NCBI GenBank assembly: GCA_964016885.1
Contig: OZ024741.1
Location: 324,074,001-324,138,000 of the forward strand
Direction of reading: 5' to 3'
From: Eledone cirrhosa
Lineage: Eukaryota
DNA length: 64,000 nucleotides
Shown here piece by piece: positions 11,876 to 25,899 of this stretch (the stretch's first letter is position 1; each line of letters opens with the position of its first letter). The position numbers and the translations under genes are program-made. The notes below the pieces were generated by a model. It was given only the letters and a program-made list of their open reading frames with translations, did no database searches and was not told the origin of the DNA.

Positions 11876-14012
11876 TTCCTTGAATCTCAGTCATTGATGT
11901 TGGTTAACTGGAAAGTCCGTTGGATTGAATATCAAGCCACTACCTGCAGCCTCAGATATTCAGGACGTATCGGAGGGTTCTTGCCGTTCCAAGCAAGCAT
12001 GCCTTTTGAAGCGTTCCAAAAAGCGTGAAGGGGCCGATTTTCTTTAACCATCCCTGGAAACCTTTGGAGATAGTCCCCAGTGCGCCTATGACAATCGGGA
12101 TCACTTTGACTTCATGGCAGTTCCAAATCCTTTTCACCTCCCACTTTAGGTCCTGGTATCGGTTAATTTTCTCCCTCTCCTTCTCTTGCACTCTCGTGTC
12201 GAACGGGCAGGCCACATCCACAATCAGGCACGATCTTTTTTCTTTGTCCACAACCACCAGGTCAGGTCTATTGTGTTCCAGTTTTTTGTCCGTCTGTATC
12301 CTAAAATCCCACAGCACCTTCACCTGACTGTTCTCCATCACCGCCTCTGGCCTATGCTCATACCATTTCTCAGAATGTGGTAGATTGTTTACTTTGCACA
12401 GGTGCCAGTGGATCACCCTGCCCATCACATCGTGTCTCCAGCCCTTATAGTGGGTCTGGGCTAGGTGTTTACACTCGGACACAATGTGAGCCACAGTCTC
12501 CTCTCTCTCTCCACAGATCCTGCACAGTGGGCTAGCCTCCTCCTTGTAGATATGGTGCTTCAACCACTTCGTTTTGAGGGCCTGCTCCTGCGCAGCCATT
12601 AGCATTCCTTCTGTAGCCTTTTTGAGGTCTCCTCTTCTCAACCAGTTCCATGTCTGTGGATCTCTAAATTCAGTTTTCTCAAAGAAGGTACTATGAAGGG
12701 ATTTTCCCTTAAGGCTGCTCTTCCTCCTTGATGTTATTTCCTCCTTGGGTATCCCCTGGCCTACTGTCCCCTCCTTCAGTACAGCTCTGAGCATTGGCTC
12801 CTTACTATAGGTCACGTATTTGTATAGGTTGTTTTTCTCCATCTGAACACAGTCCTCTATGCTGATAAGACCTCTTCCACCCTCAGATCTCCTTAGGTAG
12901 AGTCTATCGACATCACTCCTCTTGTGGAACATGTTGTAGATAGTCAATAGCTTCCTAGTCTTCCTATCCATTTCTTTTTGTTCAGCAACATTCCATCTCA
13001 GAATTCCCGCACTGTACCTAATAATAGACACAGCTCGGGAATTTACTGCGCTTATGGCATTTCTGCTGTTCAGATGTGACTTCAATACGCTCCTTACTCT
13101 CCGAATGTATTCAGTTCTTAACAATTCCTTCATTTTTTTGTTCTTTATGCCATCAGCCTCCAGAACGCCCAAATACTTGTATCCTTCCTCAGAGTCAATT
13201 TCCTTTATCATCTCACCTGTTGGTATCTGGATCCCGTTACTTCTGCTCAACCTACCCCTCCTCATCACAATGACTCCACATTTACCAATACCAAACTGCA
13301 TACATATATCACTGCTGAAAATACGGACAGTGTCAACAAGCACACCCAACTCCTTCTCACTTTTCCCGAAGAGCTTAAGATCGTCCATGAAGAGGAAGTG
13401 ATTGATGGTAAGCTCTCCCCTTCCCAACTTGTATCCTGCTCTCACTTTTCGCAGCATAATGGTCAAGGGCATCAGGGCAAGGACAAACAACAGAGGGGAC
13501 AGGCTATCTCCCTGGAAGATACCTCTCTTGATATTCACGCTTCCCAAGGATACTCCAGTTGATGTCAACTCTGTCTCCCAGGACCCCATACTCCTGCCCA
13601 GCAACTGTCTGATGTTATCTGCCACCCTGAAGATCTCCAGGCTTTTGGTGATCCAGGAATGAGGCACCATGTCAAATGCCTTTCTGTAGTCTATCCATCC
13701 CATGGCAAGATCAGTGTGTCTCCTCCTGCAATTCCCCATTACCATCTTATCAATAAGCAACTGGTCCTTTGTACCACGTGACTTCTTTCGGCATCCTTTC
13801 TGTTCGTCCGGCAACAAGTTGTTTGTGTGGAGGTGATGGTAGATTTCCTCAGACACAATGCTCGTCAACAGTTTCCACATTACGGGCAGACATGTGATAG
13901 GTCTATAGTTGGTAACATCATTACCCTTGATTCGGTCTTTCATTATCAGAACTGTGGTACCTTTTGTCAACCACTCTGGCACCTCACCCGACACCAAGCA
14001 GTCATTGAACAT
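11876..14012 (-). mobile_element. R4/Dong-like element, copy 3 (5'-truncated)
   Basis: Same family as copy 2; bounded by (AAT)n tracts at 11832-11875 and 14013-14105. Confidence 0.93.
11952..14012 (-). CDS. Uninterrupted 686-aa reverse transcriptase + CCHC + restriction-like endonuclease (N-terminally truncated)
   Basis: RT motifs [35 protein letters not shown] and YKYLG; [18 protein letters not shown]; RHD; RPDLVV..DVACP..EK..Y. Confidence 0.9.
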   Translation of the reverse strand: MFNDCLVSGEVPEWLTKGTTVLIMKDRIKGNDVTNYRPITCLPVMWKLLTSIVSEEIYHHLHTNNLLPDEQKGCRKKSRGTKDQLLIDKMVMGNCRRRHTDLAMGWIDYRKAFDMVPHSWITKSLEIFRVADNIRQLLGRSMGSWETELTSTGVSLGSVNIKRGIFQGDSLSPLLFVLALMPLTIMLRKVRAGYKLGRGELTINHFLFMDDLKLFGKSEKELGVLVDTVRIFSSDICMQFGIGKCGVIVMRRGRLSRSNGIQIPTGEMIKEIDSEEGYKYLGVLEADGIKNKKMKELLRTEYIRRVRSVLKSHLNSRNAISAVNSRAVSIIRYSAGILRWNVAEQKEMDRKTRKLLTIYNMFHKRSDVDRLYLRRSEGGRGLISIEDCVQMEKNNLYKYVTYSKEPMLRAVLKEGTVGQGIPKEEITSRRKSSLKGKSLHSTFFEKTEFRDPQTWNWLRRGDLKKATEGMLMAAQEQALKTKWLKHHIYKEEASPLCRICGEREETVAHIVSECKHLAQTHYKGWRHDVMGRVIHWHLCKVNNLPHSEKWYEHRPEAVMENSQVKVLWDFRIQTDKKLEHNRPDLVVVDKEKRSCLIVDVACPFDTRVQEKEREKINRYQDLKWEVKRIWNCHEVKVIPIVIGALGTISKGFQGWLKKIGPFTLFGTLQKACLLGTARTLRYVLNI

Positions 14013-14013
14013 G

Positions 14014-14105
<92 letters not shown>
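14013..14105. repeat. (ATT)n microsatellite
   Basis: Direct reading. Confidence 0.95.
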
Positions 14106-17100
14106 CGTGAGCTCCGCAAAGGTTTGTTGTTTTCAGTTGTTTCAAATTGCCACATATGGAAAATTTTTGTTGTTAAGTGTTTATAAGTTCACATATATTG
14201 GTTTCTGAAAAGGACACAAAAAAGTATTGGGACCTTGAGCCCAAAATTTAAACTTTTATAATTATCAAACAAAAACTTTCTTTGAAAAAAACATAGACGG
14301 CTCTCAGCCACACGAAAGCTGACAGCCTTCCCAACAAACTATCACCTCATACCAACACCACCATTGTAAACATTAATACTGTTGCCAACACTAAATATAT
14401 AAGCAGTGGCAATAAATTAAAATTGTCACAAGCAGACATTCATTTCCTGCCATTACCAATAACTGCAGGTGTTAAAGCCGCCCCCCGCCACCACCACCAC
14501 AAACTAAAAATAACAATAACAAAAATAACAATAACAACAGCAACAACAACAAAAATGAGAATAACAACAACCACATCAACACCAGCGCAAAACAAAATGT
14601 GTCGTTTGCCAAAGCAGCCAAGAAAAGCGAAACAATCGAGGTAAGCCAGGAGGAATTAAATGAAACCAAGAGAATGGTAAAAAAAGATGGGTACAGGGTC
14701 AGCCCCCCCATCTAATAAAATGGAGCATCGGCGCCTATGCACCGTATCATATGTCGGACGATGAACACAAAATCACGCCGAGTGGAGCGGGCATCCGAGT
14801 CCCAGATACAAAAAGCTTTGCGACATGTGTGGGCGAAAAAAACCCACATCAGACGTGGGCAGAAATATGGAACCGTGGACGTGCTCTTTGGAACCCCACA
14901 GGGAGCCAGAGAGCACTCCATGGCCCCATTAGGAAGTGACGACTTCCCACTCGTCCCAAGCTATTGTGGTCAGAGACTCGTGACGATCAGGGTGACCCAC
15001 GTTCCGCCGGCCATTAAAATTCCCTGGATAATGGCTGCCATCCTCGCCGGCATCGAGGTCAACACGAAAATAATTGAGGTAACAAAAGAAAAGCAGGAGA
15101 ACTGGTCCGGATCAGGGATGGAGCTCCTGATCCAAGCGGACCAAAAAACATTGAGGAAATTCCAGAGGTGATAGACCTCAATGACGGCAGCCACCTCACC
15201 GCAATCGTTGATCGTAGAAAGCCTAGGTATGTCGTTTGTGGCGAAGGAACCCACCTAAAGGCTTTCTGCCCTCAGGCTAAAAGGTTGAAGCCACCTCTGC
15301 TACCCACCCCAGTGACTCAACCATCAAAACCACCAGCAGCAGAAATGGCAGCAACAACAGAAGCAACTGTAGCAGCAACAACAGCAGCAACAACAGCAGC
15401 AACTGTAGCAGCAACAGTAGCAAAACCAACAACACCACCACCCATTGCGCTAGAATTAGCACCAGCGCTTCCACCCCACAACGAAAACCACTCCCGACCT
15501 ATCGCAACTGGAGACAGATTGTGATGATGAGGAGGAATGGGAAACGGTATCAGGAATTAAAGAAAAAAAAAGTATCCAAAAAAGAAAAGATCCTCTTCCT
15601 TCGCCCTCCAAAAACAAAATGCAGGGGGAAACAAATAAGCAAACAAACAAAAAAGTTAAGACAGCTATGCCACCACCCACACCAACATCACCAGCCCACC
15701 ACCACAAACACCAACACCAGCACCATCATTAACCACAACACCACCATCACCAACACCACAAAAATCACCAAAAAGCGAAACAGAAACAAACCCACAACAA
15801 ACGCAAACAAAATAAAACAACCAAAACGATACACACTACACAGCATTAAATTTGAACAACCAATTATTACACTACATCCAACACCAGCATCACAGAAAAA
15901 GACTACAGAACACTCCAAAAATTCACACCATCTCCACACATACAAATCACTCGCATCACACAGAAAACATACACGACACTAAAACAAGAATTCCCCAAGG
16001 ACATCGGAGACTTCCGACAAACACTCTTCAGGAGGATTTATAAGGACATCCTTCCAGAGGAGGCCACAGGCAGTGAGAAGGATGGAGAAACCATCCTTCC
16101 TCTACGAGAAGTGAGGTAAGTGGTCTTTCCCATCTTTTCCACTCCTTTTCAACATGACCTCACTCAGAATAGGCAGCATAAATGCGCGTGGCCTGGGGTC
16201 GTCATGGAAGCAGGGCTACCTGCTCAACGACCTCAGGTCACTAAACATAGATGTGGTGGTCATCAGCGAGACCAGAATCTCCGAAGCACGAGCCTTCGCA
16301 CCGATCCTCGGCGGATACGATGTGTACGCATCTCCCAGCCGTCCTGGATCGGGGTGAGGAGTTGCTGTGCTTTTTCGGAGAGGTTTGGATCTCACCATAC
16401 GGGCCATCTTCCTGGACCCAGAAGGAAGGTTGGTGGTGCTGGACGTGACCAGCGGAGACGGGCAAGCTTTCAGGCTAGTGGCCGTCTATGCCCCGACAGG
16501 AGCAAAGTGGCCTGATTTCTTCCGGCTCTGGAGACCTTTCTTGGAACGTCCCACTCTTTAGTGCTAGTGGGCGACTGGAACGGGATCTTAGATGCATGGT
16601 GGGATGTTTCGGATTAGCGGATAGGAGAGGAGGGTGTAAAAGCCTCGCAAACCTGCTCAGACGGTCAACTGTCTGACATGTACCGTCTGGATTTCCCGAA
16701 TGTGCCAATGTGGACATGGACAAACCGCATCTGGTCATTGAGATCATATCTAGATAGGTTATTTTGTAGGGAAATAGATAGGTCTGGCATTGGCTGTCCA
16801 CATTTCAAAATAGTCGACTACACCGACCACAAATACGTGACCTGTGAGGTTGACTTAGATAGGCTTCATAGACAGGGACTCGGCTACAGGAAGCTAAACG
16901 CGTCATTAACAGCGCGCAAGGCCTACAGAGACCGGATTAGCGAATTAGTTAAGCGGGCGTTGACGGGGGCCATCGTCAACAACAAATGGTCGTTTGCTCT
17001 GAAAAGAGCGATTAGAATAGAGTCCATTAGGTTTAGTAAGGCTTTAGCAATAGAGAAAAATAGAGCAGAGGGAGAACTAGTTAGGAAATTAGACGAGGCG

Positions 17101-19680
17101 CTTAGCAAAGGCATCGCGACCGACGTACTTGCAGCGAAATTGGCCCTTGATTAATTCTTCAATGCAAAGCACGAAGGCTGCGTTGTCAGAGCTAGGATGC
17201 GTGCTCTCAGACACGAGTGGACGAAAGCCGTTCAATGGGCCCGAGTGGCGGAGGCGCGTCATGGCAATAAAGCCACGATCCGGTCTTTGGTGGACCACGG
17301 CGGGCGCATGCTACTCTATCCTGGTCAAATGTGAGAAGCTATTCAGCGACACTTCGCTCAGCTGTTCAGGGGCAGGGGCGGGCCGGATCGAGGGATGGAC
17401 TTTAGTTCCTACCTCGACGGACTGCCGCGGCTCTCGGCCATCGAGGCGGAGTGTTGCGAAAAGCCGATAACAACCGCTGAAGTACGGGAGGCAATGACTG
17501 GCTGCACAAGGGGTAAATCGCCTGGTTTGGATGGTCTGCCCTATGAACTTTACGTACAGATGACAGACTTGTTCGGAGGCCTCTTAGCAGACGTCTACTG
17601 CAACTGGCAACAGAATGGTAAAATTCCCAGCTCTGTGAGCCGAGGACCGGTGGCGCTGCTGAGAAAGGATCCGAACAAGGGGGATAACATAGATAATTCC
17701 AGGCCCATAACTCTGCTAAACACAGAGTTCAAGATTTTGACAAAGGTGCTAGCAAAGAAGTTGGCGCTAGGTCTGGCGGGAGAGGCGCAGACATGCGCTA
17801 TTGCAGACAGATCCATCGACGACAACTTCCACCTCATGCTATACATCGTGGAGAAGGTGTCTAGGGAACCTGGCACGGGTGGGTCCTTGATCAATTTAGA
17901 TCAGTAGAAAGGTTTCGATAGGGTGGACCATCGTTATCTAGCGGCAGTCCTGAGGGCGGCTGGCTTTGGGCCCGTCTTCAGACCTGGATCGCTGCCATGC
18001 AGAGCGACATCTGCTCTGTGGTGAGAGTAAACGGTCACCTTTCGCAACCGTTCAACATCATGCGCTCGGTCCGCTAAGGATGTCCCCTCTCGCCCCTGTT
18101 GTACGTATTGATTCTCGAGCCATTACTGCACAAACTGGGGACGTTGAGGGGGTCCCGCGCGAACTAGGATGCGGAAGATCTGTGACAGTATACGCGGAAG
18201 ATATCACCGTAGTGGTGTCGAACACCAAACACATCGAGGTGATCGGCACTACACTAAGAGAATACGAGAATACGAATTGACAGGAGCAATGTTAAACCAG
18301 GAAAACTTGGTGGGCCTGCAGCTCGGCACCTGGAGAAGCAGGTCCATGCTGCCCAAAAGCGTCGTCGGGCGCTGGGCGGTCGAGCGGAGGTGGCAAATGC
18401 GTTCATCGCGTCCGTCATTTACTACCTCCTGACCGTCGTTACTTGGCCTAAGCCTCACCCGACTGCGCTGGCGCGTTTGCTCTTTCGCTTTTTGTGGAAG
18501 GGACGCGCCCCGATAGTCAGGCGGTCCATCTGCTGTCAACACTCGCTACGTGGAGGGCTGGGCATGCCGTAGCTGATGATGCGCAGACACGCGCTCAGGC
18601 TACATCTCCACCTCTTCCTCGACGGTGATCGGGTGTGGTCACCGTTTGCTAGATGCGTCTTTCCCCAGCTCGTTTTCTTCACGGTGCTGCAGTCCTGGGT
18701 CAAGCGAAGATCGAGAGGGAGCGCTTGGAAACTGGAATGTCTTCAGGCGCTCACAGTCCTCGATCAGTCGGGCAATGTGAACAGTGGAAACTCCATCTTA
18801 GCGTTCTATAGAGGGTTAGTGGAGGGGAAGAGCGACGACGTACTTGGGGAAACTCTAGGCGTCGACGAAAATCATCTAGCCAATCTCTTCGGAAGAACTT
18901 TCAGGCAGGGGTCTATGGACAACTTCCAGAAATCTCTGGCTTGGCAGTGCTACCGAGGAGATTTGCCAGTTCGGGATAAACACTACATGCATGTGAGTGC
19001 CGTCAGCCGGGCATGTCCGAGATGCGCGCAGGGTGACGAAAACGTCCTGCACGCACTCGTCCAGTGTCCGAGCATTGCTGACTTGTGGGTTTATGTCGAA
19101 CATCTGCTGTCGCATGTAGGACGGATCCGGCTATCAGCTGAGTCCATCGCGAGGATTGCCCCGCACTCTTCCTTTAGTCGGGAAGAGAGGCAGTTTTTAT
19201 CTGTCTGGTGCCCATGGCGAAAGAGATAGTATGGTGCACGCGTTTTAAAGGGCTGAAGGCGAGCACTTACCTCTTCGATGATGCCCTGATTAACCTTTTC
19301 AAATTTCATTTGAAAAGGAAATTCAGGGTAGAGAGGGAAGTGCTCTATTCCCAGCATTTTGTTGAAAGATGGGTGAGAGAGGCAAGAATGGCCCGAGTGA
19401 ATGGGCCTACTCTGAGTATGTGCCTGTAAATTGAAGGTGTAAAACTGGGAGAGGGCACTTGCCCTGGTGGTCAGGATCACCGTGCCTTTTTAATGGCCTT
19501 TCTCCACGATGGCCTCGGAAGTCTCCTTCCTATTGGGAAATATTTCATTGTTCCTTTTTGTTACATCCTCTGCTTCTGTTTTTTTTACACGCAGAAATGC
19601 CCATTTGCACCGTCCTGTATTGTCCTGTACTGTCCTTAATGTCTACTTTATGTAAACCCTTGTGGTTAATAAAGAAAGTA
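14106..19680 (+). mobile_element. L1/Tx1-like copy C, near full-length but pseudogenised (ORF1 ~14300-16100, ORF2 16154-19429)
   Basis: ORF1 has a degenerate knuckle (VCGEGTHLKAFC). ORF2 has APE (GSINARGL, SETR, VYAP, GDWN, TDHK), RT (KSPGLDG, RPITLLN, FDRVDH, GCPLSPLLY, YAEDI) and a C-terminal CPRC..H...C. Ends cccttgtggttaataaagaaagt(att)n. Confidence 0.93.
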
Positions 19681-19719
19681 TTATTATTATTAAAGTATAA
19701 ATTATTATTAGCATTATTG

Positions 19720-22700
19720 AGTCTGAACGGATATCTTTTTGCTCGCTCCCGTAAGTTTATTTATTTACCTGTCAAAACTTATTTATTGAATTTTGTGTTG
19801 TTGTATAAAGCATACAGGCCCTTGGACTTTGCCCTGTGAAGGGGAAAGAATAATATTTAGGTCTTTTGGCACAAATATTTGAACTCTTTTACATTTTAAA
19901 AAAATTGTCGAAAAAAAAAAAAAAACATGGCTAGCCCCCCCCCCCCCCCCCCGGTAGAAGCTATTGAGGCAGTGGAGCGCAGAACGGTGCATTATAGATG
20001 CATCTCAGCACAAACCAAAAGGGCAACTTTAATCCCACAAGCAGTTGTAGAATTCGCGCTGAGGTGTATCAGAGATGACACCGAATACATAGCGATGGGC
20101 AAACAGTGCGGCACCATAGCCCTCGCTATGAAACACGCTATGACTCCTTGCAAAACCACCAAGGTCATAATGTACCCCTCCAACATGGAAAAAAGAACGA
20201 CCCGTCTCCGCATTCCCAGAATCCCACCAGGACTTGACATGTGGTGGTTTCTGGGATGTGTGATTGTAGAGGGGACGGATACCGTCCCGATAGAAGTGAC
20301 AAGAACGCCCAGATCAGGGCTGAGAATGTGAAGACAATCCCGGACCACATCCGCCTTCAGAATTGGACGGTCATTCATAGTATGACCGAGGGCAAAAGGC
20401 TGCATTGTTTTGTTTGTGGGGAAAAAAACCATTTTCGAGCCTTCTTCCCTCAACTGCTGAAAGATGCAAGGGGTCGAAGGGCTCCACTGCTGCCGACGCC
20501 CGGGAGGGGACCACAACCAACACCAGCACCGGCAAAACCGACAACAACAACACCAATAGAAAGACCACCACCAACATTGACCCCCCAGGGGGGAAACGAG
20601 GAAATTTGTCTAATTCCCCCCTCTCCCCCAAAAATTCACACATCAATAAAAACATAAACACACACACAGACACACTTACAGACACAGACCCCTCATCTAC
20701 CAGTAGTGAAGATGAGGGAAAACCCAAATCCCCCAAAATACAAAAAAGGAAACAAAAAAAATATTAAAAAAACTCAACAAAGCACAAAATCACCCACAAT
20801 AAAAAATGCAGACACCAGCAACGCAAACATCTCTCCAATAACATCAACATCAACACCACCATCACCATCACCAGAATCCTCCAAACGCAAACAACCTAAA
20901 CAAATGCTAGAAAAAATACACACACAAACATATGAAACCACAGACACCGCACTCACAACAGATACAGACACAACCGAAACAACACCACCAAAACCATCCT
21001 CGCCACAGCCACGCAAACAAATAAAATCGCACCAACAAAACACACAAAACATCGTGCTCGTCAGGAAGTCCAACAAGGAACTGATGGCCCTTGTAGCGCA
21101 AGTGAAAATATACAAAAAGAAGAGGAAATTTTTAAATCGAGCACATTTCGCGTGCCGGAACATTTGTTTCTGGTGCGAATGTCGCTCGATTTATACAAAG
21201 AGATAAGACAGCTTTCCTCAGGACGTGCGAACCCCGAATGTAAAACCTACTTCAAGACTTTTAAAGGGGTTCCCCCCCAAAAAACCACCAACCATGGAGG
21301 TCGAACCTCCCGACCTTCACAAGAGCCCGAAAGGTAAGTAAAACTTTCCTCGCTCTCTTTTAACCTGCCAACACGGCTGTATTAAGAGTAGGAAGTTTAA
21401 ATGTTCGAGGCCTGGAATCGTCCTCGAAGCAGGGTCACCTGCTCAACGACCTCAGGTCTCTAGAAATGGATGTAATTGTCGTCAGCGAGACCAGGATTTC
21501 CGACACGCGCGCACTAGCACCCATTGTCGACGACTATCAGATCTTTGCATTTGTTAGTCGGCTGGGAATGGGAGGTGGGGTGGCAGTGCTGTTTAGGAAA
21601 GGCCTGGATCTCGAGGTAAGGTCGATCTTCCGGGACCCGGACGGGAAGTTGGTGGTCCTGGACGTGAACAATAACGAAGGTGGTGCCTTTAGGCTTGTGG
21701 CCGTCTACGCCTCTACTGGGGCAGGACGGCCGGACTTCTTTAGACGCCCAGAAGCCTTTCTGTGTACGTCTCGCCCTTTACTGTTAGCGGGGGACTGGAA
21801 CGGCATCTTAGACGCACGCTGGGTCTGTGTGGGAGTATCCGATAGAAGCGAGGGGTGCAAAAGCCTCAAGAATCTGATCAGCCAGTTCCAACTGTCTGAC
21901 AGGTACCGTCTAGATTTCCCTAATGCGCCAGTGTGGACTTGGACTAACCGCATAGGTTCATCTAGATCGTATATAGACAGGATATTCATTAGGAAAATAG
22001 ATAGAAATAGTGTAAGTTGTCCACGTTTCAAAACGGTCGCCTATTCAGATCACAAGTTTGTGATCTGTATGGTCGACCTAGATAAGACGCGTAGGTTAGG
22101 ACCTGGTTACAGGAAGCTAAACATGTCATTTCCGGCACATAAGCCTTACGGGGACCAGGTCAACAATTTAGTTAAGAAAAAGTTGACAGCGAGAGTCATC
22201 AACAATAGATGGTGGGGGGCTCTCAAAAGAGAGGTTAGAGTAACTTCGATAGAGTTTAGCAAAGAAGTAGCGTTAGAGAAAAATAGAAAGGAGGAGGACT
22301 TGGTAGATAAGTTAGACGAAATTATTGGAAGTGGCATTGCAACTGGCAGCAGAACGGGAGTATTCCCAGTTCTGTGAGACGGGGCGTAATGACGCTGATA
22401 AGGAAAGACGAGAACAAGAGGGACACATTAGACACTTTCAGGCCCATAACTTTGCTCAACACAGGGTTTAAGATTTTGGCCAGGGTGTTAGCGAAGAGGT
22501 TGGCGCTTGTCGTCAGGGATTTGGTTGGGGAGTCGCAAACTTGCGCAATCCCAACCAGGTCCATACACGACAACCTCCACCTAATGCGATACATCATAGA
22601 GAGGGTAGGGTATAAAACTGGCTTTGGTGGGGCTCTGATCAATTTAGATCAATCGAAAGCATTCGATAGGGTCGACCATCGGTACCTTGAGGCTGTCCTC

Positions 22701-24390
22701 AAGGCGGCTGGCTTCGGCCCCGTCTTCAGAAGATGGATCTCTGCAATGCACAGCGGCACCTGCTCGGTGGTCAACATTAATGTCCACCTCTCGGAACCGT
22801 TTCAGGTCTCCCGATCTGTCCGTCAAGTGTGCCCTCTCTCCTACCTTCTGTACGTATTGACTCTCGAGCCTTTACTGCAGAAGCTGGAGCTGCTGCAGGG
22901 CAACCCGCTCGAACCGAACGCGGAAAGTCTGTGTCGGCTTATGCGGACGACATCACCGTGATGGTGTCGGACACCTCAAAAATCGAGGTGGTCGGCAACT
23001 TATTGGAGGAATATGAAAAGTTGACGGGAGCAAAACTTAACCCGGAAAAGTCGGTGGGCTTGCAACTCGGCACCTGGAGAGGCAAGTCCATGCTCTCCAA
23101 CAGCGTCGTTAGGCGCTGGACGGAGGGACCGATAAAGTTGCTCGGGGTTTGGTTCGGGCCAGACCTCCAGGTGGAGAAGAATTGGGACGAGGTGACGGGC
23201 AGGGTAGCCATCTCCTGCCAGTACCCTCTACGTGGAGGGCTGGGCATGCTGTGGCTAATGATGCGCAGACACGTGCTGAGGCTGCGGCATCTCCAGATAT
23301 TCTGCCAAAACGGTGAACAGGTGTGGTCACCGTTTGTCAAACGGGCCTTTCCGCAGCTAGTTTCTTTGACTGAGCTGCAGTCCTGGGTCAAGAAGAGACC
23401 GAGACATGGTGACTGGCATCTGGAATATTGCCAGAAACTCACTGCCCTCTACCAGGCGGACAATGCCATCAGTGGAATTCCACTCTCGAGTTCTATAGAG
23501 GATTAGTGGTGGGCAAATGCGACGACGCACTCGGAGAGGCATTGGGAGTCGACGAAGTCGAACTAACCAGTCTGTTCCAGAAGACTTTCGAGCCGGGGAC
23601 GATGGATAATTTCCAAAAATCTCTCGTTTGGCAGTGCTACCGCGGGGCACTGCCGGCTCGAGATAAACTCTACAGGCACGGAAGTGCTGTCAGACAGACC
23701 TGCCCAAGATGCGAGCAGAGCGACGAAACCGTTCTGCAGTCACTCGTCCAGTGTCCGTGCATTACTGACTTGTGGAGTTATGTCGAACAACTGTTGTCGC
23801 GTGTAGAACCGATCCAGCTATCGGTCGAGTGCATAGTGAAAATCGACCCGCCGCCTTCCTTTGGCCAAGAAGGGCAGGCAATTTTCCTCTGTCTGGTGGC
23901 AGTAGCGCAAGACGTTGCATGGTGGACGAGATTGAAAGCACTGAAGACAGACACTTTTCTCTTCGGCCAATCCCTCATCAACTTTTTCAAGTTTCACTTG
24001 GAAAGGAAGGTGTGGGTGGAGAGAGAAGTGCTGCCCCCCCCCCCCCCCCCAGTACATTTGCTGAAAGGTGGGTGAATGTGGCGAAAATGGCCCGTGTGAA
24101 TGGGCCTACTCTGGGCATGCGCCTGTAGGTGGGTAAATTTGAAGAGGAGAGGGGTGCCCTTCCTGGGTGCTCGCGAAGCGTCGGGTCGTTCAGAATTGGT
24201 GGGGTACCTGAGTGAATCCTGGGTGATCATGCCCCCTATCGGGGTATTTTTCTAGTTGTATTTTTCTTTTGTTATTGTTATTATTGTTTACCCGTATATG
24301 TAAACCCCCACTGTCCCAGTCTTTTGTATTGTCCCCTATATGTCGGCCCTTGTGACCAATAAATGAAATCAATAAAGGAAATCATTATTA
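19720..24390 (+). mobile_element. L1/Tx1-like copy D (same subfamily as copy A), with internal deletions
   Basis: ORF1 from 19927 (RRTVHYRCISAQT; CFVCGEKNH); APE at 21375-22340 is closely similar to copy A; RT motifs LDQSKAFDRVDH and YADD; CPRC; ends cccttgtgaccaataaa..attatta. Confidence 0.93.
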
Positions 24391-24391
<1 letters not shown>

Positions 24392-24455
<64 letters not shown>

Positions 24456-24550
24456 TCTATGGTCACTGCTTGTCTACATCGACTAAAACATGAAAGAACA
24501 TTCAAGATTGCTATAAATTCGTGTTCTATCAAAGAAGATATTTGAGTACA

Positions 24551-24612
<62 letters not shown>
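24392..24612. repeat. (GTA)n tract at 24392-24453 and (TA)n tract at 24553-24612
   Basis: Direct reading. Confidence 0.9.
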
Positions 24613-24613
<1 letters not shown>

Positions 24614-25429
24614 TATATATATAAAGCATTGTTCGCTTGACTATTTAGTATTTGGCATCGATTATGCTTTCGTAAAGATGAAACAGTTGGTGTAGTATTA
24701 GATATAATATATTTAATATATATAGTGTACTAAGTCTGTGATACAGGTTCCGACTAAGTTGCTGTTGTTGTTATTTAACCACAGGAGAAACCTATGATCA
24801 AAGTTATAACAACCTCATTTAATCATTTTAGAGTTATGTAGGACGACTTTACCGAAGGTTAAAGTTAAAAATGTCCCATTCAAAGAGGGTCATCAGGCCG
24901 GAGCTTTTCATGGTTTAATTGGTACGACCGATCACCACATGATGGGGTGCCAGTCCATCACCTGGCTAACTCCCATATGTTGTTGAATGAATTGGAGTTC
25001 TAGGTCACACTACGCTGTCCAGTGTAGAAATAAAGACCACGAGCTTACAACCGTAAGCCCAACACCCTAAATACCGGGGCACATGCTTCAAACCCTCAAC
25101 ATCTAAGGTGTGTGGGTGTGGGTGTATGTGTGTGTGTGTGTGTGGGGGGACGAATTTTAGCAGGTCGAGTGACCATATAAGGAATTTGTTACTTATTCTT
25201 CATAGGGATGGTCAAATGGTGTGGAGATATTGTGTTGTTACGCGAACATTTTCACTGATCTATGATAAATTTAACGGGTTCCACAGGTGTGATGGTAACA
25301 CAGCATATACTAGGCATTTAGAATCTGGCGGTACCCTCATCCCTCTCTTGGTTTGAACTCAGTAAATTACCTTTTTTTATCAAATATATATATATATAAA
25401 TATTCAATTATTATAGAATACGTTCGCGA

Positions 25430-25897
25430 ATACATGCAACAGAAATGGGGTTCCCCCAAAGGATCTTAGGGATAACGTTACTCGATAGAGTGCGTAACTC
25501 GGAGATCTGAGAGTCACTCCAGGGAGAGCAGCTACTTCTCTGAATTGAGTTATCACAACTCTGATACTATGGCCATACGGTTAGAATGTCTCAGGAAAGA
25601 ATCGCCGGGCAGATTTTACGGGCAAAACCAACGGATAGGAGACCCAGGAGTAGCTCCAGAGCAAGATGGTTGGATAACATCCATGAGCTTGGCTGGTTCC
25701 CCTTGAAGATCCAGCCGGATCAGTTGGAGACGGTTGCTTCTGACAGGGCGCACTGGAAGGAATTGTTGCGCTCTCTCCCCTACGATCCATTCTGGAATAA
25801 GTGGGCAAAGAAGAAGAAGAAGAAAAAGAAGAAGAAGAAGAAGAAGAAGAAGAAGAAGAAGAAGAAGAAGAAGAAGAAGAAGAAGAAGAAGAAGAAA
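25430..25897 (+). mobile_element. RTE-clade LINE 3' fragment with (AAG)n tail
   Basis: ILGITLLDRVRNSEI..YYGHTVRMSQERI..RRPR....RWLDNI matches the RTE C-terminal pattern; (AAG)n at 25808-25897. Confidence 0.8.
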
Positions 25898-25899
25898 GA

